Counted from the stretch's first letter, positions 29,694 to 39,768 are shown. The stretch is DNA of 64,000 nt from Candidatus Omnitrophota bacterium (GCA_041653115.1 JBAZGA010000001.1:3-64002); one strand, 5' to 3'. Program-made: numbers and translations. The notes: generated by a model from the letters alone, not told the origin.

Positions 29694-30707
29694 ATGAAAG
29701 TCATTCTGATAAGCGAAGGCGGGAAGAATATAGGTTTTGGGCATATAACCAGATGTCTTGCTCTTTATCAGGCGTTTGAAGAGAGGGGAACTGAGCTGGA
29801 ATTTATAGTAAACGGTGATAATAGCATTTTAGACTTGTTAAAAGATAAATATTGTCAGATATTTAATTGGATAAAAGAAAAAAATAAAATGACCAAATTA
29901 GTAAGTAGTTCAGATATGGCTATCATCGATTCCTATTTAGCGGATAAATCACTTTATAATAGTATTTCAAAAATAACTAATGGCAGGCTGGTTATGATAG
30001 ATGACTACAATCGCTTGGAATATCCCAAGGGTATTATAGTTAATCCTTCAATTTACGGAGATAAGATAGTATATCCGCAGAAAAAAGGATTAACTTATCT
30101 ATCGGGAAAAGATTACGTAATATTAAGAAAAGAGTTTTGGAATGTTCCCGGGAAAAAAATTAATAAAAATATAAAAAAAGTAATGATAACCTTTGGCGGG
30201 GCAGATGAGAAGGATATGACCGGAAAGGTTCTGCAATTTTTAAAAGATAATGATTTTGAATTTACTAAAAAAGTCATAGTAGGAAAGGGGTTCAAGAGCG
30301 CGGAATATATACAAAAATTTAAAGATCCAATAACCGACTTAATATATTACCCGAATACGAAAGAAATGAAGGGGTTAATGCTGGAATCCGACTTGGCAAT
30401 TTCTAGCGCGGGCCAGACCCTTAATGAATTTGCCAGAGTAGGCCTTCCTACTATCGCGATAGCTTTGGCAGATAATCAGTTGAATAACGCAAAGGGATGG
30501 CAGGAGGCGGGTTTTGTTCGATACGCTGGATGGTGGCAGGACGCGAAAAGTTTAGAGAAAATAGGGCAATTTATTAATCAGCTTGCTGACCCTAACCAGA
30601 GAGCAAATATTTATCGTGCAGGAAAAAAATTCATAGACGGCAAAGGCTGTACCCGGATAGTCGATTACGTATTCAACAGGTATTATAAGGAGAATCGGCA
30701 GAATTAG
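29694..30707 (+). CDS. pseG: UDP-2,4-diacetamido-2,4,6-trideoxy-beta-L-altropyranose hydrolase (PseG-like, GT28-like fold)
   Basis: 'MKVILISEGGKNIGFGHITRCLAL' contains the GxGHxxR signature of PseG. Confidence 0.65.
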   Translation: MKVILISEGGKNIGFGHITRCLALYQAFEERGTELEFIVNGDNSILDLLKDKYCQIFNWIKEKNKMTKLVSSSDMAIIDSYLADKSLYNSISKITNGRLVMIDDYNRLEYPKGIIVNPSIYGDKIVYPQKKGLTYLSGKDYVILRKEFWNVPGKKINKNIKKVMITFGGADEKDMTGKVLQFLKDNDFEFTKKVIVGKGFKSAEYIQKFKDPITDLIYYPNTKEMKGLMLESDLAISSAGQTLNEFARVGLPTIAIALADNQLNNAKGWQEAGFVRYAGWWQDAKSLEKIGQFINQLADPNQRANIYRAGKKFIDGKGCTRIVDYVFNRYYKENRQN

Positions 30708-30716
30708 AGAATATTT

Positions 30717-31436
30717 ATGAAAGTCATAATCAGTCAACCCAGATACTTGCCGGCCATAAACTATCTTCAACGGTTACATTTCGCTGATTTATTTGTATTC
30801 TTGGATAATGTACAGAGACAAGATCAGGGGGTCGAAAATAGAAATAAAATACTTATGAATGGCAAAGAAACCCTGCTCACTATTCCCATAGCCTCATCTC
30901 GGCTTGAGCTGATAAAAGACTCTTTGCTTGTAAATAAGCGATGGGTAAGAAAACACAAGGAAATCATACGCAATACTTATTGTAAGCACCCTCACTATAA
31001 TTACGAGATAATCAATGGTTATTATGCTGGCGCTGAAGAAATAATGGATAAAACAGGTGCTAATTTTGCGGACGTAGTGATACATTTAGTCCTTAATCTT
31101 TGTACTATATTTGGATTTAAACCTAACGTATTGCGCTCAAGTCATTATTGTTCTGCTGATAATTTAACGGGCCCTTTAAAGCTGCGGAAAATTTGTGAGG
31201 AAGCCGGAGCCTCTACCTATATTTCCGGCACCAATGGCAGGGATTATAAAGTAAAGGACGCGTTTTCGGGTTCCGGTATAGAAGTTGCCTTTCACGATTA
31301 TAAATACCCGGAATATAAACAGTATAATCAAGAGATATTCGTTCCGTGGTTATCTTTTTTTGACCCCCTATTCAACCTAGGAATAGAGGAAGTAAAGAAA
31401 TGGATTTATCAAAAACCAGAGTTCTCTTTGGAGTAG
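30717..31436 (+). CDS. WbqC-like family protein
   Basis: 'MKVIISQPRYLPAINYLQRL' is the typical WbqC-like N-terminus. Confidence 0.5.
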   Translation: MKVIISQPRYLPAINYLQRLHFADLFVFLDNVQRQDQGVENRNKILMNGKETLLTIPIASSRLELIKDSLLVNKRWVRKHKEIIRNTYCKHPHYNYEIINGYYAGAEEIMDKTGANFADVVIHLVLNLCTIFGFKPNVLRSSHYCSADNLTGPLKLRKICEEAGASTYISGTNGRDYKVKDAFSGSGIEVAFHDYKYPEYKQYNQEIFVPWLSFFDPLFNLGIEEVKKWIYQKPEFSLE

Positions 31437-31445
31437 GAGGTAGAA

Positions 31446-32120
31446 ATGACGGTTTTAATAATTGTTGCTCATCCAGACGATGAAATATTGGGTTGTGGGG
31501 GCACCGCGGCATGCCTGGCGAAAAAGGGCCACGAGATTTATACGTTGATATTGGGAGAAGGAATAACTTCAAGATTCAAGAAGAGGTCGGCAAAAAAAGC
31601 AGCGCTTCAGGTTAAGAAAATCAGAGAAATGGCGGTTAGCGCTAATAAGATAATCGGGGTAAAGAAAGTTTTCTTTTCTGGTCTGCCGGATAACAGATTC
31701 GACTCTTGTGATTTGCTTGACATTGTCAGGATAATTGAAAAGAAAAAAGAAGAAGTTCGGCCCGACATTATTTTTACCCATTATGAAAAAGATTTGAATA
31801 TAGACCATCAGATAACCTATAAGGCGGTAATCACCGCCACCAGGCCTACCGAGCACGAGACGGTCAGAGAAATATATGCTTCTGAAGTCCTGTCTTCTAC
31901 TGAATGGAATTTTCCGTTAAGTTTTTCTCCTGATGTCTTTTTTGATATCCAAGGCACGCTTGCTCTGAAACTAAAAGCATTAGGAATATACAAATCGGAA
32001 ATAAGGAGCTTTCCTTATCCGCGCTCCCTGGAGGGAGTGAAATATAATGCTGCGGTTTGGGGAATGAAGACAGGATTAAGATACGCTGAGGCTTTTAAAT
32101 GCGTGCGGGTCATCAAGTGA
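31446..32120 (+). CDS. PIG-L/LmbE family N-acetyl-sugar deacetylase
   Basis: 'LIIVAHPDDEILGCGGTAA' is the AHPDDE metal-binding motif. Confidence 0.65.
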   Translation: MTVLIIVAHPDDEILGCGGTAACLAKKGHEIYTLILGEGITSRFKKRSAKKAALQVKKIREMAVSANKIIGVKKVFFSGLPDNRFDSCDLLDIVRIIEKKKEEVRPDIIFTHYEKDLNIDHQITYKAVITATRPTEHETVREIYASEVLSSTEWNFPLSFSPDVFFDIQGTLALKLKALGIYKSEIRSFPYPRSLEGVKYNAAVWGMKTGLRYAEAFKCVRVIK

Positions 32121-32134
32121 AAGGTTCAAAGCAA

Positions 32135-33199
32135 ATGAATTTGAAAATTGAAAATAGGATATTGGGGAAAGGCCAGCCAGTTTTCATCGTAGCAGAATTA
32201 TCTGCAAACCATCTTCAGAATTTCGATCTCGCCGTAAAAACAATAAAAGCGATGAAAGAATCAGGCGCCGATGCAGTGAAGCTCCAGACCTATACTCCGG
32301 ATACGATAACTATTGATTCTATCAAGGAATATTTCCAAATAAAACACGGATCTCTATGGGATGGTAAGACACTTTATCAGCTTTACAAAGAAGCGTATAT
32401 GCCATGGGAATGGCAGCCAAAACTTAAGAAAATATCACAAGATTTGGGGCTGATTTTTTTCTCTACCCCTTCCGACAAAACTTCGGTAGATTTTTTAGAA
32501 ACGATGAAAGTCCCTGCTTACAAGATTGCCTCATTTGAGATAACCGATATTCCACTGATAGAATATGTCGCATCTAAGGGGAAGCCGGTTATTATCTCGA
32601 CGGGGGTGGCCGCACTTAGCGATATAGAGAATGCTGTTAAGGCATGCAAAAGGATGAACAATGAGGAGATAGCCATCATGAAATGTACCTCCGCTTATCC
32701 TGCCGCAGCGAAAGAAATCAATTTACATACAATTCCTGATTTAGCAAAAAGATTTAATGGAGTCGTGGGATTATCCGATCATACTCTAAGTACGTCCATA
32801 CCCGTTGCCGCTATTGCCCTGGGAGCGAAAATTATTGAAAAACATTTTACCTTAAAGAGAAAAAAAGGAGGACCTGATGCGGTATTTTCTCTGGAGCCTC
32901 CTGAATTTAAAAGCATGGTAAACGCAATACGGGATGCCGAAGAGGCCCTGGGAAGAGTAACATATGAATTGTCAGCGAGCGCAAAGAAGAACAAAATTTT
33001 TGCCCGTTCTTTATTCGTTATTAAAGAAATAAATAAAGGAGATATTTTTACTGAGGATAATATAAAATCGATAAGGCCCGGGAACGGCTTACCTCCTTGT
33101 TATTTGACGGAAATTCTTGGTAAAAAAGCGAAAAAAAACATTAATAAAGGTACGCCGCTTACCCGGGATTTAATAAAAGATACAAAAATAAGGAGTTAA
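32135..33199 (+). CDS. pseI: Pseudaminic acid synthase (PseI; NeuB family with SAF domain)
   Basis: 'PVFIVAELSANHLQNFDLAVKTIKAMKESGADAVKLQT' and 'LSDHTLS...AIALGAKIIEKHFTL', followed by a C-terminal SAF domain ('RSLFVIKEINKGDIFTEDNIKSIRPGNGL'). ATG 32135 is chosen over the ORF-track start because the upstream gene ends at 32120. Confidence 0.75.
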   Translation: MNLKIENRILGKGQPVFIVAELSANHLQNFDLAVKTIKAMKESGADAVKLQTYTPDTITIDSIKEYFQIKHGSLWDGKTLYQLYKEAYMPWEWQPKLKKISQDLGLIFFSTPSDKTSVDFLETMKVPAYKIASFEITDIPLIEYVASKGKPVIISTGVAALSDIENAVKACKRMNNEEIAIMKCTSAYPAAAKEINLHTIPDLAKRFNGVVGLSDHTLSTSIPVAAIALGAKIIEKHFTLKRKKGGPDAVFSLEPPEFKSMVNAIRDAEEALGRVTYELSASAKKNKIFARSLFVIKEINKGDIFTEDNIKSIRPGNGLPPCYLTEILGKKAKKNINKGTPLTRDLIKDTKIRS

Positions 33200-33204
33200 T
33201 TATT

Positions 33205-34254
33205 TTGGGAATTAAAATAAATAAAGACCAGTATTCTTTTAATTCAAAATTTCGCGATATGCGGTTTCATTTTATAAGAGGAAACGGCCATTTCGCTAGA
33301 TATATTTTTGATAGGTTTATATGGTATTGGTACCCCCGCCTCCATATAGTAAAGAAATTTCCTGAGCACGTAGATATAGAACTAACTAATCAATGCAATA
33401 TGAAATGTCCGATGTGTTATTCAACCTTAGAACGTTTTAGAAAACTTCCAAACGGTTTTATGGATTTCAATCTTTTTAAGAAAATCATCGATGAATGCGC
33501 AGAAAACGGAGTTTTTTCGATAAGATTGAGCATACGCGGCGAACCGCTTATCCATCCTCAAATAATTGATTGTATTCGATATGCAAAATATAAAAGAATA
33601 AAAGAAGTTTCTTTTTTGACTAATGCTTTATCCTTAGATGAACATATGTCTGCCGAAATCATAAAAGCAGGTTTAGATTGGATTACGGTCTCTTTTGACG
33701 GAATGGGGGAGATATATAATAAAATTCGTAAACCCGCAGACTATGAGGGGGCGCTGAATAGAATAAGAAGGTTCTCGGAAATGAAAAAGAGCTTAGGGAG
33801 CATAAAGCCGGCTTTAAAGATTCAAACCGTCTGGCAGGCCGTAGAGAATAATCCGTCAGAATTTAATGAGATTTTTAAGAATCTTGCCGACATGATCTCC
33901 TTCAACGTATTTATAAACTATGAAGTTGCCTTTGAACATGATCCCGATTTTATATGCCCTAATCCATGGCAGCGTTTTATCATCTATTGGGACGGGAAAG
34001 TCCCTAAATGCATTAATGACGTATTCGAGCTAGATATAATAGGAGATATTAATAGCTCCACCATAAAAGAAATATGGCAGGGAGCCCTGATGCGGCGGGT
34101 AAGAAAAGATATGTTAAACAAAGATAGGCTTAAATACCCATCTTGCAGGAAATGCAGTTACGGCGCTAAAACTGAAGAGATGAAAGTAGATATCGATGGA
34201 TTAAAAATTTCCACCGAAATGCAAAAGACAGATTTTAATATTAATAAATTATGA
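33205..34254 (+). CDS. Radical SAM protein with C-terminal SPASM-like domain (TTG start)
   Basis: 'ELTNQCNMKCPMCYS' (CxxxCxxC) and a C-terminal Cys-rich region 'CPNPWQRF...PKCIND...PSCRKCSYG'. Confidence 0.6.
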   Translation: MGIKINKDQYSFNSKFRDMRFHFIRGNGHFARYIFDRFIWYWYPRLHIVKKFPEHVDIELTNQCNMKCPMCYSTLERFRKLPNGFMDFNLFKKIIDECAENGVFSIRLSIRGEPLIHPQIIDCIRYAKYKRIKEVSFLTNALSLDEHMSAEIIKAGLDWITVSFDGMGEIYNKIRKPADYEGALNRIRRFSEMKKSLGSIKPALKIQTVWQAVENNPSEFNEIFKNLADMISFNVFINYEVAFEHDPDFICPNPWQRFIIYWDGKVPKCINDVFELDIIGDINSSTIKEIWQGALMRRVRKDMLNKDRLKYPSCRKCSYGAKTEEMKVDIDGLKISTEMQKTDFNINKL

Positions 34255-34255
34255 A

Positions 34256-35197
34256 ATGTTAATCAAGAGGCAGGAAATAAACCAGGCGAATTTGTTGCGC
34301 AATCACCTTAATCTATTTTGGCTGCGGCCGGAAAACGCCCTTTGGGAGACTATCGCCTCGATGATTGTCTCAAAGTATGAAATTAAAGCGCCGTCGTTGG
34401 ATTTAGGATGCGGTAACGGTATTATTAGTTTTATTACTGCGGGCGGAAATTTCTCTATAGATTACGATTGGTATATAAACGTGGATACAGAAGGATTCTG
34501 GGAGAATAAAGATATTTACGATGTATGTAAAACCGCCAGCTTGAATGAATATATTACAGAGCGCCCAAAATATAATTTTACTTTTGGTTTGGATCATAAG
34601 CGCAATCTCCTTAAGCAGGCAAGAGCCCTGAATTTCTACGAATCGCTAATTGAGCATGATGCTAAGTTACGGCTTCCTTTTAAAACCGGATCGATAAGAA
34701 CAGTTTTTTCTAATATTATTTATTGGCTTCCGGATTTAAAGCATTCACTTCGTGAAATTAACAGGATTTTAATGAAAGGCGGATCTGCGCTTCTTTGTGT
34801 TCCAAATTCGAAATTTTTTGAATACTGTTATACATATCAATGGAAGAAAAATAAGTCTGAGTTGTTGCGTCTATTAAACAGGGGCAGGGGTGAATCTATG
34901 CGCTGGACGGTTTCCTATAATGAATTTGCTAGTTTAGTAAAATCCTTAGGTTTTAAAATTAATGACCACTTGTATTACCTGTCTCCTTCGATTTTGAAGA
35001 TTTGGGATATCGGGTTTAGGCCGTTTTCGTCGCCGCTTATAAAAATGGCTAATAGTTTGAATCAGCAAGATAGAAGGAATATAAAAAAAGAGTGGATGGA
35101 AACAGCGAAGAAATTTCTTCCATTATTATTGGAAATGGAAAGAAAGAGTAAAAGAGAAGGTGGGTTTCATTTTTTTTATATTGTAAAAGAAAGATAA
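34256..35197 (+). CDS. Class I SAM-dependent methyltransferase
   Basis: 'LDLGCGNGIISF' (motif I) and 'ILMKGGSALLCVPN'. Confidence 0.5.
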   Translation: MLIKRQEINQANLLRNHLNLFWLRPENALWETIASMIVSKYEIKAPSLDLGCGNGIISFITAGGNFSIDYDWYINVDTEGFWENKDIYDVCKTASLNEYITERPKYNFTFGLDHKRNLLKQARALNFYESLIEHDAKLRLPFKTGSIRTVFSNIIYWLPDLKHSLREINRILMKGGSALLCVPNSKFFEYCYTYQWKKNKSELLRLLNRGRGESMRWTVSYNEFASLVKSLGFKINDHLYYLSPSILKIWDIGFRPFSSPLIKMANSLNQQDRRNIKKEWMETAKKFLPLLLEMERKSKREGGFHFFYIVKER

Positions 35198-37156
35198 ATG
35201 CCAAACAAGATTATTGTTTTTGAGAAAATTTCAGATTTTTTCCGGCCTTTCTTAAGATGTTATTCTTTATTTGGATATAAAGTTTATTATTTGAGAGCAT
35301 CGCAAAAAAGCCTATCTAAAAAATGGGTTATAGATTATGAAAATAAAGGTTATATTTCTCGGATTAATCCCGATTGCCAGTTTTCTTACGATAAAGTTTT
35401 TTACCCGGATATGGCTTTTTCTAATATCGAAAATATATACCGGTCAGTCAGCGCCGAATCCGAAGCGATAAAGAGGGTAGTTTATTTATACCAAGATGCC
35501 CATGTTAATTTAGCCTTAAAAAAGAAGCTGATTTTTGAACTTTCAAGATTTTATTTTTTAAATACCCTATTAAATGAATTAGGTAAACAATTAAGTTTTA
35601 AGAGCTTTTATTTTGTACCCGGGGATGGCAACATTTTTAATCCTATAAACAATGATCCCCTTTCCTCTTATAATCAATTATTAAAATTAGTTAAAAAAAA
35701 TAAGCCATCATCTCTAAAAGAGACTAATTGTAGTTTCCCTTTATGGTATGTTTGCTTTAGTTTTATGAGAAATATATGTGAAATATCGGTATTTTACTTA
35801 AAATTATCCGGCTTTCTGATTTTATTAACCTACAGTTATTTATTTAAAAAAAATACTGCTAAAGCAAAATGCAAAAATTATAAATATTTAATCTCGATTA
35901 TGGCCCCACGAAGACAATTTTCTAACCAAGTTCAGAAGGTCGATTTCTTAGTAGATGAAAAATATATACGCAAGGAAGATACGCTTTTCTTTTATGCAAA
36001 GAAACTAAAAGATGAGTATCTCGAATATTGTGAAAGAAACGGCCTAAATTTAATAGATGGTTTTTTTCAACAATTCGATTTTAACAAAGCCGAAATAAGA
36101 AAAGTGTTTAAGGAAGTTTTTAAAACATTATTGAGCAGGCCGATCATGGTTCATTCTGTAAGAGAAGGTGTTTTAGAATCATTTTTATTTTATATCTGGT
36201 GGCAGACATTCGCCGATAAATACGCAGTTAAAAACTTCATAGGTTATCATGATTTTAGTTCCCAGGCTATTTGTAGAAATATAATCCTCAAAAAGAAGAC
36301 GCGGACAAAAACGTGGTTTTATTTAGATTCAGGGAGTTCTGCCGCTTTTTTTAGAACTAAGCAGGAAGATGAGTTATATAGAAGTTTTCATTTTATGTAT
36401 TTATATTTCGATTACTTTCCCTATTGGTCAGAGCCGCTGGTCAGCTATTTTAAAGACCACGATCTGGCGGTAGACAAATATCTTGCTACCGGTTGCCTGT
36501 GGTCAGAACATGTACGATTAATCAGTGAGAAGGTTATAAGGTCCGATCTTCTAGAAAGATTAGAGAGCTTTGGATTCAAAGACGGTCATAAAATTATCGC
36601 TGTTTTTGATTCCAGCTACGATTATGATGTCATTGATTCGTACGAGCACGGAATCGCTTTTATACAAGACATTTTACGTCTCGCCGACGATGTCCCCGAG
36701 GCGTTCATTATATTCAAAGAGAAAAAAGCGAGAAGTTATGTCCGAAAATATTGCCCAGCTCTTGCGCGGCTATATGAAAGTCTCCAGAATCATGCAAGAT
36801 TTTATTTACCGCCGGACGCCGGCAGCACATCCGAGGCCATTGCTTTTAGCGACTTGACAATTTCTTTTCCTTTTACCTCCACTACCGTTGAGGCCCTTGC
36901 TGCCAGGAAGAAAGCGCTATTTTACGATCCTTCTGGCAGGTTAAAAAGCATCTTCTATGATAACATCCCCGATTTAGTCTGCCATGGCTACGATAATCTT
37001 TTGGCAATGACAAAAAGGCTTTTGTTTGAAGCTAAGACGGGAGAATACGATTTGTACCTCGATAGATTTATCAAGGGTAATATAGACCCTTTTCTGGATG
37101 GTAAGGGGATAACTAGGTTTAGAGAGTTTATAAATTATTATAATAATGTTGTCTAG
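35198..37156 (+). CDS. Hypothetical large protein, putative GT-B-like glycosyltransferase (TagF/KpsS-like C-terminus)
   Basis: 652 aa, very AT-rich. C-terminal 'FSDLTISFPFTSTTVEALAARKKALFYDP' matches the D-[LY]-x-I-[ST]-x-x-[ST]-[ST]-x-x-E-A-L pattern of TagF/Capsule_synth-type enzymes and is shared with the ORFs at 6122 and 44476. Confidence 0.3.
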   Translation: MPNKIIVFEKISDFFRPFLRCYSLFGYKVYYLRASQKSLSKKWVIDYENKGYISRINPDCQFSYDKVFYPDMAFSNIENIYRSVSAESEAIKRVVYLYQDAHVNLALKKKLIFELSRFYFLNTLLNELGKQLSFKSFYFVPGDGNIFNPINNDPLSSYNQLLKLVKKNKPSSLKETNCSFPLWYVCFSFMRNICEISVFYLKLSGFLILLTYSYLFKKNTAKAKCKNYKYLISIMAPRRQFSNQVQKVDFLVDEKYIRKEDTLFFYAKKLKDEYLEYCERNGLNLIDGFFQQFDFNKAEIRKVFKEVFKTLLSRPIMVHSVREGVLESFLFYIWWQTFADKYAVKNFIGYHDFSSQAICRNIILKKKTRTKTWFYLDSGSSAAFFRTKQEDELYRSFHFMYLYFDYFPYWSEPLVSYFKDHDLAVDKYLATGCLWSEHVRLISEKVIRSDLLERLESFGFKDGHKIIAVFDSSYDYDVIDSYEHGIAFIQDILRLADDVPEAFIIFKEKKARSYVRKYCPALARLYESLQNHARFYLPPDAGSTSEAIAFSDLTISFPFTSTTVEALAARKKALFYDPSGRLKSIFYDNIPDLVCHGYDNLLAMTKRLLFEAKTGEYDLYLDRFIKGNIDPFLDGKGITRFREFINYYNNVV

Positions 37157-38957
37157 CGCAGAGGATAATAGCTTGAATTCAAAATCTTCTCAAATCCTAT
37201 ATTTTTTGAAACCCTATAAATTATTATATCTGGGTACTGTGTGTCTCAGTCTTTTGGTGGCGGCGTTAGATGCCTTTAATCTCGCCCTTCTTTTACCGGT
37301 GATGAATTACATTTTCGGAATCTTTTCTTCTCCCATTTCATCTTCCAGCCGTCTTTTGCTTTATATCGATAAAATAATTTCTTTGCTGCCATTTCAACAG
37401 AAAATAATTTCCGCCATATCTCTTTTAATATTTTTTACGATAATCAAATGCGCCTTCAGCATCTTAAACGAGTCTTTAATCAGCTACGCAAGCGCAAAGA
37501 TGCTTTATGATACAAGGAAGAACTTGTTGAATAAATATGCGCAAGCTGACTATCAATATTTTCTTGACCATAAACAAGGGGAAATGAACCATAATTTATT
37601 AGTTGCTTCGGGAAAGTTATCTTTTTTATTCATGAAACTGCCCTTACTGTTAGCAGAAATACTTAAAGTATCGGCTATAATAATAATTTTATTTACCATA
37701 AATTTATATGTCACTTTATTTTTTATCCCGTTAGCCATAATTTTTAATTTCTTTATCGGCTTTTTATCTAGGAATGTGTCGCATATAATAGGTATAAAAA
37801 AGACCCAGGCAAGTAATGAACAGGCGGTAATTTTCCATGAGTTTATCAGCGGCGCCAAACAGATCAAAGTATATCTGGCTAAAGACAGGTGGTTGAAGGG
37901 GTTTGATATTCAGAATAAAGAATTTAGCAAGTTATATATGAAAGACTATATCTGGCTTTCGATCCCGCGTAATATATTCGAATTAGTAACCATCTCGATA
38001 CTCTTTGGCCTGGTTTTGTTTATTGATTTGCAGCACACGGCAAATATAACAAAAGAATTGCCTACATTAGGCGTTTTTGCAATGGCCTTATTGAAACTCT
38101 TCCCTTCATCGGCTAATATCGCCAGAATAAAAATGGAGATCATCGGAACCTTGCCAGAACTCCAGGCAACCTATAAAGTGCTCAATATGCGGTCCGAAAG
38201 CATTAAAGCCGGAAGCGCCGAATTTAGAAACCTGAATAAGGGCATTAGTTTCGAAAATGTTTGCTTTACTTATAAAAATAACATTCTTGTCTTAGATAAT
38301 ATTAATATTCAATTTGAGAAGAATAAGGTCACGGCGATTGTGGGTATTTCTGGCTCAGGAAAGACTACTATCGTGAATTTGCTTTTAGGTCTATATCAGC
38401 CTACGCGGGGTAGGATTCTGATTGATGATATGGTAGCATTAAATGAATATAAAGTAGAAAGCTGGTTAAGCAAAATAGGAATAGTTACCCAGGATTCTTT
38501 TATCTTTCATTCAACAGTAGAAGATAATATCATTTTTGGATCAGCAGGGGCGAAAAGAGAGCAGGTTGAAGAGGCGTCCCGCTTAGCAAATGCTCATGAT
38601 TTTATAATGGGCCTGCCGCAGGGTTATAAGACTATTGTGGGAGAAAGAGGAATGAAGCTGTCTGGGGGGCAGCAGCAGCGGATCGCGATCGCCAGGGCAA
38701 TTTTAAGGAATCCCCAGATTCTTATTTTTGATGAAGCAATGAGTAACCTGGACAGCGCTTCCGAAAGGCTGATTCATGAATCTCTGAAGAATATAATTAA
38801 GAATCGTACAATTATTCTAATAGCGCATAGATTAAGTACGATTATCGATGCCGACAAAATTATTATAATTAAGGATGGAGCTATACACGCAGAGGGTCGG
38901 CATGAACAATTACTTCAGAAAGATGCCTTTTACAGGGATTTATATGCCGGAAGATAA
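37146..38957 (+). CDS. ABC exporter, fused permease and ATPase (MsbA/type I exporter-like)
   Basis: An N-terminal 6-TM domain, Walker A 'GISGSGKTTIVNLL', ABC signature 'LSGGQQQRIAIARAIL' and Walker B 'ILIFDEAMSNLD'. Confidence 0.75.
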   Translation: MLSSAEDNSLNSKSSQILYFLKPYKLLYLGTVCLSLLVAALDAFNLALLLPVMNYIFGIFSSPISSSSRLLLYIDKIISLLPFQQKIISAISLLIFFTIIKCAFSILNESLISYASAKMLYDTRKNLLNKYAQADYQYFLDHKQGEMNHNLLVASGKLSFLFMKLPLLLAEILKVSAIIIILFTINLYVTLFFIPLAIIFNFFIGFLSRNVSHIIGIKKTQASNEQAVIFHEFISGAKQIKVYLAKDRWLKGFDIQNKEFSKLYMKDYIWLSIPRNIFELVTISILFGLVLFIDLQHTANITKELPTLGVFAMALLKLFPSSANIARIKMEIIGTLPELQATYKVLNMRSESIKAGSAEFRNLNKGISFENVCFTYKNNILVLDNINIQFEKNKVTAIVGISGSGKTTIVNLLLGLYQPTRGRILIDDMVALNEYKVESWLSKIGIVTQDSFIFHSTVEDNIIFGSAGAKREQVEEASRLANAHDFIMGLPQGYKTIVGERGMKLSGGQQQRIAIARAILRNPQILIFDEAMSNLDSASERLIHESLKNIIKNRTIILIAHRLSTIIDADKIIIIKDGAIHAEGRHEQLLQKDAFYRDLYAGR

Positions 38958-38960
38958 CTG

Positions 38961-39746
38961 ATGAAGGAACTGTTTATAAAAGATAAAGGAAATGTTATTA
39001 AATTTAAATTTTTGAAATGGGATACTGCGTTTTTTGGGGTCAAGTCTTTCCTGTTAGACTTGAAGGCCACCAGAATTAATAAGATCAGGAAAGGTTTTCC
39101 CCGGGCGGCCCTGAAAGCAATCCCGCCATCTTTTATTACCGCAAAGGTTCCTTTAAGTTATCCGCAGAAGTTTATAAATTTTTTATTCGATATAGGATTT
39201 AGATATATAGATACAGAGTTAATACTTGGGTATGTTGACAACAAGGATTTTCCTGACTATTCTCCAACGGGTGTGTCGATCAAGGGGATAAAATTATATA
39301 AAGCTAAAAAAATCCCTAAAGATGCATTCTTGTTGGGCAGAGAATTCAGTTTCACCAGATTTCATCTAGATCCCAACATACCCAGAAGAAAGGCAGAATT
39401 GTTATGGGAGAATTTCATTAGAAATTTTAAGCTATCCGATATGCAGAGCCTATACTGTGCAGAATTTAAAAATGAGACAATCGGGGCAATTTTTGTTAAG
39501 CGATATCTGCAACAAGATAAGCGGATAAGTAACCTGTTTTTGGTTTCCGTTAAAAACAAGTATAGAAATAAAAACATTGGAAGCAGACTGATACAGCATG
39601 CCTTAAAACAACTTGTAGGGTTTAGTGAAAAGATAATCGTAGAAACCCAAGCCAGAAATTTGGGGGCCGTTAATTTTTATATAAAAAATGGTTTTTTAAG
39701 GCTTTATGAAGCGAGGCTAGTCTTACATAGAGGCATTATAAAATAG
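38961..39746 (+). CDS. GNAT-fold N-acetyltransferase-like protein (possible sugar N-acyltransferase, PseH analog)
   Basis: 'LVSVKNKYRNKNIGSRLIQHALKQL' is a GNAT motif A-like stretch, and 'VNFYIKNGF' is a motif B-like stretch. Confidence 0.4.
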   Translation: MKELFIKDKGNVIKFKFLKWDTAFFGVKSFLLDLKATRINKIRKGFPRAALKAIPPSFITAKVPLSYPQKFINFLFDIGFRYIDTELILGYVDNKDFPDYSPTGVSIKGIKLYKAKKIPKDAFLLGREFSFTRFHLDPNIPRRKAELLWENFIRNFKLSDMQSLYCAEFKNETIGAIFVKRYLQQDKRISNLFLVSVKNKYRNKNIGSRLIQHALKQLVGFSEKIIVETQARNLGAVNFYIKNGFLRLYEARLVLHRGIIK

Positions 39747-39768
39747 TCTATTGAATAAGGAGCCATCA

